From Glycera tridactyla (Eukaryota): a stretch of 64,000 bases of DNA. This document shows, piece by piece, positions 10,945-20,182 of this stretch (its first letter is position 1; each line of letters starts with the position of its first letter). A program made the translations under genes and the position numbers. The notes beneath the pieces were generated by a model. The model did no database searches, was not told the DNA's origin, and saw nothing but the letters and a program-made list of their open reading frames with translations. Where the stretch lies: the NCBI GenBank assembly GCA_965644265.1, contig OZ286460.1:89404001-89468000 (forward strand), written 5' to 3'.

Positions 10945-12403
10945 TAGTGCAGTGGCAATGAGCCCGAATTTTCGAGATACCCCTACCCGAGGTAGAACAA
11001 AGTGAATTGGGTATGGTTTTGTAGATTGGAATGTGCTCGTTATGAAAATGGATGTCGGAGTTGTCACAACCTCTGCGCAACATATCTTTTCAGGCCGTTT
11101 CCATGGTAACCTCTAAATTTTTGAGCAAATCCTAGAAATGATAAATTTCCAATATCTCGGCAACCATGCAACATATATACATGATTGAGGCATGGATTTA
11201 TATGTTTTCAACCATGGACAGTCTGAATATGGCACTTTGAAAATGCTATCTGGTTGCCATGGCAACTTTTTTTTTTGGGAAAGACCATTTTTTGCCATTT
11301 TTGGCAAAATTTCAATGACTCTTTTCCTCTGGTGATCAGTAACAATGACAAACTTGAAAGGTTTATACAGAATGTGATTCCTGTGTATGCCTACTTCTCT
11401 CTTTGAAAGGATCCTGACTTTATGGAATGCTGATTATTCGATATTTCACCTGTTTCCATGGTAACACTTACAACATCCTTTTGTGTTCAAATCCTGGAGA
11501 TGGTAAATTTACAATATCTCGGCAACCATGCAACATATATACATGATTGAAGCATGGATTTATATGTTTTCAACCATGGGTAGTTTGAATATGGCACTTT
11601 GAAAGAGCTATCTTGTTGCCATGGCAACCATTCTGGGAGAAAATGCCATTTTTCCACCATTTTCGGCAAAATTTAAATGAATCTCTTTCTCCGGCGATCA
11701 TTGACGATGACAAAGTTGAAGGGAGTATACATCATGCATACTTCCCATTTTGAAAAGAATTTGACTTCATGTCATATAAATCCATGCTTCAATCATGTAT
11801 ATATGTTGCATGGTTGCTGAGATATTGTAAATTGACCATCTCCAGGATTTGAACACAAAAGGACTTTGTAAGTGTTACCATGGAAACAGGTGAAATATCG
11901 AATAATCAGCATTCCATAAAGTCAGGGTCCTTTCAAAGTGGGAAGTAGGCATACACATGAGCCACATTCTGTATAAACCTTTCAAGTTTGTCATTGTTAC
12001 TGATCACCAGAGGAAAAGAGTCATTGAAATTTTGCAAAAATGGCAAAGAATGGTCTTTTCCCCAAAAAATAGTTGCCATGGCAACCAGATAGCATTTTCA
12101 AAGTGCCATATTCAGACTGTCCATGGTTGAAAACATATAAATCCATGCCTCAATCATGTATATATGTTGCATGGTTGCCAAGATATTGGAAATTTATCAT
12201 TTCTAGGATTTGCTCAAGAATTTAGAGGTTACCATGGAAACGGCCTGAAAAGATATGTTGCGCAGAGGTTGTGACAACTCCGACATCCATTTTCATGACG
12301 AGCACATTCCAATCTACAAAACCATACCCAATTCACTTTGTTCTACCTCGGGTAGGGGTATCTCGAAAAACAAGGCCCTTTTTACCAGTTCGCCACTGCA
12401 CTA
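10945..12403. mobile_element. Foldback / long-TIR non-autonomous DNA element
   Basis: 10969-11566 is the near-perfect reverse complement of 11773-12369, with a 206-bp spacer. Outer 12-bp inverted repeat TAGTGCAGTGGC...GCCACTGCACTA, flanked by GAG on both sides. Internal direct subunits of about 355-362 bp. Confidence 0.85.
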
Positions 12404-12494
12404 GAGGGGTCATGACGAACACACAGTATGATAAATAGAGATGGTATTGGGTAGTGGTGAACGCCTATAAAAGCACATCGAAAACTCCGCATGA

Positions 12495-12715
12495 TTAATC
12501 CACTTCGTAGAAATCGGCGATCTTCTTCCCGAGAATGGTACATCGTAGTTGGGGCGACACTAGATGGCGATGCAGAAGTCGGACGGTGGCATCCGGGTTG
12601 TTCCCCCACTCAGAAAGCACGCGTCCCATTGGACACTCCAACCGCAAGCTCTTCCAATAGTCGATCAGAGCGGGGTCGAGGCCCACTCGCGTGGCGAACA
12701 TCCGCCAATCAGCGC
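12495..12715 (-). CDS. Coiled-coil/death-domain protein, terminal exon (death domain)
   Basis: ttttaacag acceptor, phase 1. Encodes ADWRMFATRVGLDPALIDYWKSLRLECPMGRVLSEWGNNPDATVRLLHRHLVSPQLRCTILGKKIADFYEVD-stop, with DW-x-x-F/LA-x-x-x-G and VLxxW...ATV death-domain hallmarks. Confidence 0.88.
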
Positions 12716-13449
12716 CTGTTAAAACGAGAGCATTATTATAACTAGTAGAATCAGATGAAGCGAGATGAGAATAGACAGCAAAAAAGTTAGGATACACCAT
12801 ATAATGTTGTTTGGGTTGGGTAATTGGTGTTTAATGACATGTATCACTCCAAAATATTATGCATGCTGTTTGTACTCGATCTATGGAAGCTGCACTCCCA
12901 CAAACCATGTACACAAGCCGACATATCTCACACACCTCTACACACCCATCACAAACCTGAAGAACCTTACGATGACATATCTAACTTTGTCACTGCCAGG
13001 AAGCTGACACCCGAGCCTGAGAGCGATGCTTTTATTTTAGAGCAAAGCGCAGCAGGTGAAACCGGGAAATACACCAGATCCGAAGAATGGTTAACCAATG
13101 CCTCACGTCATGATTTTTCAACCTCTTTGAACCAGCTATACAATGATTTAAGTCATTTTCTCGCGGTACAATTACATCACACTTCCTGATAAGGAAGCCC
13201 TAGTGATCCAGAACTCGTGTGCCTGGTACCGGTATAGTCACCATAGAGGGATCAATTCAATTACAATACAATACAATATGATGCAATAACATTCAATACA
13301 GTTCAATAAAAATATTTTTGTTTCTCATGCCATCGACACAAACAAAGCACCTGAACACTAGCCCCAAGGATGGACTACCTCTTGACTAGCCATCATCTGA
13401 AGTCATGTCATTCCTTTTAGTATGCTTTACATATACGCCACGCAGTTGC

Positions 13450-14313
13450 CGAATTCGTGGAGGGGAAAGAGTGCTATCTGGCGGCTAATGCAGAGCATTA
13501 TTGGGTCGCAGTGCGCGTGCAAACGTACTTCCGGTTCAATCATCCTCAATGCATTTGGATTACACACANNNNNNNNNNNNNNNNNNNNNNNNNNNNNNNN
13601 NNNNNNNNNNNNNNNNNNNNNNNNNNNNNNNNNNNNNNNNNNNNNNNNNNNNNNNNNNNNNNNNNNNNNNNNNNNNNNNNNNNNNNNNNNNNNNNNNNNN
13701 NNNNNNNNNNNNNNNNNNNNNNNNNNNNNNNNNNNNNNNNNNNNNNNNNNNNNNNNNNNNNNNNNNNNNNNNNNNNNNNNNNNNNNNNNNNATAACTGGC
13801 ACAGAAAAGGTTTCTTTGAACCCTCTCGGAAGTGATAATCAAAGGATTAAAAGAGAGGCCACAGTTGAAGGGCGTCTCCCACTCAACCCCCTCCCCCCCC
13901 CCCTCTCTCTCCCGTCTCTGTCGATCTGTCTGGGGGGTTCAGCGAGGGAAAGTAGTGACGTTGTTGTTCACACCTTTTCCGCAGCCGTGGCTTCACACCT
14001 TTTCCGCAGCCGTGGCTTCACACCTTTCATCAGCCATGGCTTCACACCTTTCATCAGCCATGGCTTCATACCTTTCATCAGCCATGGCTTCATACCTTTC
14101 ATCAGCCATGGCTTCACGCCTTTTCTGTAGCCATGGCTTTCACATCAAACATGGCTTGAGAGAGAGAGCATCACACTGGATGCGTGAAGCGGAAGTACCG
14201 ATGCACGCGGCGGCTCGCGCGATAAGCGCCATCTCGTGTTCCCTCCCTTTATGAATTTTGCGCGGTTTAACATGGTGTATAGGAAAACATCTCTATAACA
14301 GGTCGAACCCTGC
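13450..14313. mobile_element. Composite non-autonomous DNA element, copy A (contains N-gap and 24-bp minisatellite)
   Basis: Shares CATTATTG(G/A)GTCGCAGTGC(G/T)CGTGCAAAC(G/A)TACTTCCGGT and GTTGTTGTTCACACCTTTTCCGCAG(C/A)CGTGGCTTCACAC blocks, in the same order, with 25286-25760. Boundaries approximate. Confidence 0.55.
13968..14140. repeat. 24-bp minisatellite, about 7 units
   Basis: Unit CACACCTTTCATCAGCCATGGCTT repeated in tandem. Confidence 0.9.
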
Positions 14314-14703
14314 ACTTGGGATCCGTCAAGTAGAATGATTATTGAACGTGTGAGATGTTTGCTCTGAGCCCCCCCCCCCCCCCCCCCCACCCGCTTACAC
14401 ACACACATATATGTATGTATTCATCACACATCTGTGAGATTTTCTTAACAATGTCTGCTTCCGACAGACAGACAGACAGACAGACAGACAGAAGCAGACA
14501 TACAGACAGCGATGGACGGAAAGACATATCAATCAAAAAGGCTGCGTGGGTGGGAGATGATATCGTATCATATCATGCTCCTGTGCTATGAATAACGAGA
14601 ATCAGTTGAATCCAGCACCCTCCAGTGGCGGGATTTGGTCAGGTCCATTTTCTGAAGCCCATGCCCCCCAAACTGAATCGCCAGTAGTGTGTCACCGACC
14701 TAC

Positions 14704-14800
14704 CTGATGGTTTCTCATCACTGAGTTCTTTCATGACGTACAATCGGAGATCTCGATTCATATTGCGAATATGCGTTTCGCCACCAATGCGCCGAGACGG
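14704..14800 (-). CDS. Coiled-coil/death-domain protein, exon encoding the first death-domain helix
   Basis: ttattttcag acceptor and TCAG|gtaggt donor. Encodes PSRRIGGETHIRNMNRDLRLYVMKELSDEKPSG. Phase 0 in, phase 1 out, which rebuilds SGADW with the next exon and resembles MyD88 ALNMRVRRRLSLFL...AADW. Confidence 0.85.
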
Positions 14801-16220
14801 CTGAAAATAAACACAGAAAATCATAAATCACTCTGCGAAACAAGCGCTCTCACCAAAGCAGCTTTGGCTAAGGTTAACACATAGATTATAGTACAGATAG
14901 ATGGCGCCATGGTGGTTTGTGGTCGACTGAGAGACACCAGATGGCATACTGCTCTGTTGTCACCTAGTGGGAAGTGTTGGAACCCTGTCATACAAGGAAC
15001 CAATCAGTGTCTCGACCTCGCTCATTTCAAATTGATGAGTGCCAAAATCTAAAAGGAAAACGTGTCCTAGTGACATATTTGTGCCTGAGTACTGCTGGTG
15101 GCTATATTGCATGGATGGTCTATCCTTGAGAACGTGTCACATTATGGCGAGGGGGAGACAAGGACACAGGAGGAGGACGACGAGGATGAGGAAGAAGACG
15201 AGATCAATGGGGACGCGATGAAGATGATGGATATTACTTATGATGGTGATACTCATAGTGATGAAGAGACATAGAAAGTGCACGAGAATCCCCGTTTCCC
15301 GCTCATCAACTACGTATTAGCGGTCTTCGACTGCTAAAACCACAGCTTGATGAATAACATTTTTAAGGATGCCTGCCTTGCGGGCATCCTTCTTCTTACC
15401 ACTCTCATTTGGGACTGCAGTTTAGATGACAGAAAATGAAACAAATTTTGATAGTTTTTTTGGGTAGCTGATTGAAGGTGATGAACTGCTCTGATTTCCA
15501 TGAAATCTTGTATGGTTGTTGTGAAAGCCTTTCTGCTTTGCACATATTAATTGCATAGCTCTTCATAAGCCTATCTTCCATGAAAATGGCTCCTACTCCT
15601 AGAAATTTTTGGCCAGCTCATAATCGATGTTGGCTCTCCTGCAGGTTTGATACAGCTAATGATACTCGGTACTTTTTTCTATTCACTTTGAACTGATGTT
15701 TCATGGTGCATTATGGGTATACGTTGAAGCATTCCAATCTTGAGAGGCATTAAAGTGTTTGATCGTAGGATTTAGTGATTCATGAGTGAAATTCACATTG
15801 TTGATGATTGGGTTTTGAGAGTAAGATACCCCCATCCTGGCCATTTCGACACAGTAGCAGCTGGTGGACTGGATGAATGTGGAAATTCAAATTGAATCTC
15901 TTACACTCACCAGCAGAGGAGATGTGTGTTACCAGGCATCCATTTTTCGGCATACATGCCTAGTTAAGGTATCCTCACACTGGATCTATCACAATGTGGC
16001 AATCTGCACCATGAAATCCTAATTCCATATCACTTATATCCCCGTAATGATGTATTAGTCTAGAGTTTACATGAATGCGATAAGTGCAGTACCAGAGTCG
16101 GGAATCTAAGGATAGTAAGGATAAAGATGATCCTAAATTGAAGTTGATTGTACGGCATGTATGGTATGGTGGAGGAATTTGAGGGATGGGAACGTAGGTT
16201 GACTGATTGACATTACAGAC

Positions 16221-16265
<45 letters not shown>

Positions 16266-16744
16266 GGAAGGCAGGCAGACAGACAGATAGACATACACAC
16301 NNNNNNNNNNNNNNNNNNNNNNNNNNNNNNNNNNNNNNNNNNNNNNNNNNNNNNNNNNNNNNNNNNNNNNNNNNNNNNNNNNNNNNNNNNNNNNNNNNNN
16401 NNNNNNNNNNNNNNNNNNNNNNNNNNNNNNNNNNNNNNNNNNNNCAAATACAAACATTCTCATGCATATGCGTGTGTGTGTCTGATCCCTTGCAAATTTT
16501 TCAACATGAAACATGCAATTAATGAGGTATATGAATGTAATGAATACAAGGGATTGATGAGGGTCAAGTGATGATAAATACACTAAGACTGTACAAGGGG
16601 AGACAATCTTATACTCAACTCTTTTCCATATAAGAAATGCTGGCTGAAAAAATAGATACATGATGAATATTTCACTGCCTAGTGATCAGGAATTGTCACC
16701 AGTAAAACATTCACTCTGGGTTGATTGGCACGACGAGACAGTCC

Positions 16745-16970
16745 GTTTGTTTGTTTGTTTGTTTGTTTGTTTGTTTGTTTGTTTGTTTGTTTGTTTGTCT
16801 GTTTGTTTGTTTGGAGTATGATAGCATGTATCAGCCCTGAGGATTATGTATGTCATGTGTTATTGTAAACTGTGTGCTCCGTCCCCTGCATACATCACTC
16901 TCACAATACCCAATATGATCGAGAACCAAAAGAAGTTGTCTGGGATTTCAAACCCACCGTTGTGGAACTC
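16745..16970 (-). mobile_element. SINE family 1 copy with (CAAA)n tail
   Basis: Reverse complement of the family body, followed by a long (GTTT)n run at 16745-16810. Confidence 0.7.
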
Positions 16971-17099
16971 TCGTGAACCTTGATAAACCTTTGGATGGTA
17001 TACCTAGCTATTTATAACTGACTTGGACTGACACCCAAGCCCAATACCAATGCTTTCATTATTAAAGGAAATGCAATACTTGTAACGGGCAAATGCAGT

Positions 17100-17430
17100 A
17101 GGCTCAAAGAATACTCAAAACCATTGTCTCCAGTTACCAGCTATCATCTCCAAACCAGCTTTATAACAATTTGTGCCACATATTTGCAGTTCAGTGCAAT
17201 ACCACTTCCTACTAAACGGAGTCGTAACCTTGGTGACCCAGAACTCATGTTCCGGGTACCATTTTGTACATTCGCCACCACTACTACGGCCAATTCATCA
17301 GCTACCTACACGAGAAACCATCTCACAGAAGCCGCGAAGACAATCTTCAAGGGACATGACATGGTGGAGAGAAAAGAGACCTGATAATTGCGGTAGACAA
17401 TGCCTGGACATACATGATAGAAAGTGTCTT
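17100..17430 (+). mobile_element. Degenerate 3' fragment of an RTE-like LINE
   Basis: Translation resembles the RTE C-terminal pattern W-x-P-x-x-G...GRP...M-x-DR. Heavily mutated. Confidence 0.35.
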
Positions 17431-18099
17431 CACTATCCCCACACACACACCAGAAGTTATGGAGAAGAGAGGGGATAATGCTCTATCTAGACCACATAAA
17501 ATCCTTATGACAGCATGTCAAAGTCAAGTACCTAGGCCCATTGATTGCGACAATCTATAGAGACCCTGGATCCCTAAGCTACCCAAGTGACGACACTGCG
17601 TTTTTACTCAGTAACATCTCGATGATAGTGTGCTCTGTGTAGGGAGTTCAGAACCCATACACTTGTTGTAAGTCTAGTATGATGTCAACCCACGAGCCCT
17701 GATCAATAATATTACCCTGATCTATGAAGGCAGGAAGTGAGTGGGTCATTTTCAGCATTTGGAGGAATTCTGAGATCGATTGGCTAGTGCTTATATGGGT
17801 TGGTTGAATGATGTCCGGGAGGGTTTGTAAGCATCTTGCACCAGATGTCGATGGATCATTGTCAAATGATTGAATAAACTACGGCATCTATTGGCTGTAT
17901 CAGAAACCTACTGAATAACCATCAATCAAGAGGGAGGTAAGCTAATGCTCTGGTATACACGGTCGCCATTTAATCAATCGGTCATTCGATCAATTAATCA
18001 TTAGTCCTATTCAGAATCGTTTTCTTCATTCTGTTGCAGGAATAGTTCTCCGAGACCGCCTTATGTCCCCGTTTTCCCTTGTTAAAATTGGTTTCTGCA

Positions 18100-18279
18100 T
18101 ACAATCAAACCTGTATTCAGCAACCTCCCTTGGGAAAGTGAAAAGTGGTTGCTTAAGACAGGTGGTTGTCTAATACAGGACAATTATAGTGAGAAATACT
18201 CTGGAGGGATTTTCAAAAGTGGTTGCTTAAGGCGGGTGGTTGCTTAATACAGGTGCCCTTTAAATCAGGTTCAACTGTA
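18100..18279. mobile_element. TA-flanked Tc1/mariner(pogo)-type MITE, 180 bp
   Basis: TA-CAATCAAACCTG...CAGGTTCAACTG-TA termini. Related shorter copy at 63077-63182. Confidence 0.75.
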
Positions 18280-18418
18280 TTTTGTATACAAGTGGCCTAT
18301 TTTTCTACGGTAAACACCTGTCCAGAAAAACCACTTGTCTGTGCGACCAGGAATGGCTTTGTGGCTGATTTGTCTGTATCACTCTTGCTGATGAGGGTAG
18401 ACGAATAGAGAAACTCAC

Positions 18419-18558
18419 CGGCGTCAGATTGAGTTTGATGGCGTTGTCCTGAGATCGGCGTGTGGCGCTGGCTGGGCGATCTCTTGTCACCGGTGATATT
18501 GGTTTCGCACTACGTTGTCTCATCACGTCATTGGCCTCAAAATGATGATATTCCTCAC
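18419..18558 (-). CDS. Coiled-coil/death-domain protein, linker exon
   Basis: attccag acceptor and CCG|gtgagt donor. Encodes GEEYHHFEANDVMRQRSAKPISPVTRDRPASATRRSQDNAIKLNLTP. Phase 1 in, phase 0 out, consistent with both neighbours. Confidence 0.82.
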
Positions 18559-19713
18559 CTGGAATAATCAGGAAAAAAAAACTTGAAACTATGTCATTGA
18601 GAAGTTGGGTATGAATGAGAATACGCAACTGCGGGCTACTGAGTGCGATAGAACCTGCTCAAGAGACCACCTCTACACTAAGCCCACCTGCCCAAATCGG
18701 CCAACCTGAGCAGTGACCGCGACATTCTCCACACTAGTCAGCCTATCCAGAAAGGTAATCACTCGTCAGTGCGACCAGGGGTTGTCCTTGTATACAAGTT
18801 CGACTGTGAAAAAAAAACCAATCACGTGGTTCAATACCAATCCTACGGCATTCCTTGGTCGATGGTGCAACCTTGTTATTATAGATTAGTCATATATCGT
18901 TCCGAGAAGCTCCAATAGAGTTTACTCGTGGGGTACATCACTGTAATAGTCCATGAAGGCACCAGCGACCATTGAGCGATGCAGGATTGGTTATTGAACC
19001 TAGCCCCTGAGGTCCAGTTCGATAGAGATCCTGCGTCATTCATTGTCTATTAAANNNNNNNNNNNNNNNNNNNNNNNNNNNNNNNNNNNNNNNNNNNNNN
19101 NNNNNNNNNNNNNNNNNNNNNNNNNNNNNNNNNNNNNNNNNNNNNNNNNNNNNNNNNNNNNNNNNNNNNNNNNNNNNNNNNNNNNNNNNNNNNNNNNNNN
19201 NNNNNNNNGTAATCGCTGAGATCATAACTGGATCGCAGTTGATTTCAAAACCCTATTCAATTCATTGGGTAAAAGGAAGTGTGTTGACTTCAGATACGAG
19301 CTGTCATTCTCAAACTTCATTCGAAATGAGTATATATCACCATCCGCCTATGAAATCCTACAATGTAAGAGAAACGCCCATTATTTGTCCAACGGAGATG
19401 GCTTTTGGTTGGATTGAAACTCTCCTGCCAATATTGGGACGTCTATGGGGTACCAAGATAGTGGTTGAACAACGGGTAGACTATCCACCCAGATGAGGAT
19501 GTTCGAATTAAATCTGATTTCATCCTCGGTCACGTGGAGGTGACTGAGTGCAACACACATCTATACTTCGCCACTCCACTTTATCTAGGAGTGAATGGGT
19601 AGTTGGCCATAGGCAGTGATGTTGAACCGGTTTGCAGCAGGACTTTTCAGATACCTGACTGTGAACCACCACACTCATATTTACATTCATATGGACGCAC
19701 AGATGCCACCTAC

Positions 19714-20182
19714 CTGCTATAAGCTGTAAATGGTAAACCCTATCCCTGACTTCCTCTACAGTGGTACATATTAACAGTTCCGCCAATCCCTGCTCGTAAG
19801 CTAACGTTTTCTTCGTTGTCCTGGCAATGTCACCGGTCATTTGTGTCACCCTTGCCTCCAGTTGCTCCACCCGTGACTCCACTGACTGGTCATAAATCTG
19901 TTTCTTGACAATCATGGTATTGATTATCTTATCAATAACATCCAAATTGACGGAGAGCAAGTCCACATTGTCCTTAATGCCAAACTGTTTCTTGTCCACG
20001 CCTTCCAGAATCTTCTTGGTCATCTGGAAGACTTTGAGTGTGAGCTGTTCGTTGGCAGCTCGTAGTGAGTCGAGGGCTTCTGTCAGGGAGGCATTCTGTT
20101 CTGTCAGCTCGATGATCTGTTGTTTTGGAGTCTTCTTCTTCTCCTTCTTTCCCTTGCCTCCGCGCGACGAAGGTCGCGACAT
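19714..20182 (-). CDS. Coiled-coil/death-domain protein, first coding exon (basic N-terminus plus coiled coil)
   Basis: cttctccag acceptor before 20191, ATG at 20182 and GCAG|gtaggt donor. Encodes MSRPSSRGGKGKKEKKKTPKQQIIELTEQNASLTEALDSLRAANEQL...SVESRVEQLEARVTQM, with heptad-like periodicity. Confidence 0.85.

Noticed and set aside
12716-12800. Upstream part of the 101-aa ORF (MVYPNFFAVYSHLASSD...)
   Set aside because: Intronic read-through. The acceptor at 12716 restores the SGADW motif with the previous exon.
15975-16130. Possible extra exon of the death-domain gene (DSRLWYCTYRIHVNS...)
   Set aside because: Its phases do not fit the phase-0 junction between the 18419 and 14800 exons, which join cleanly without it.
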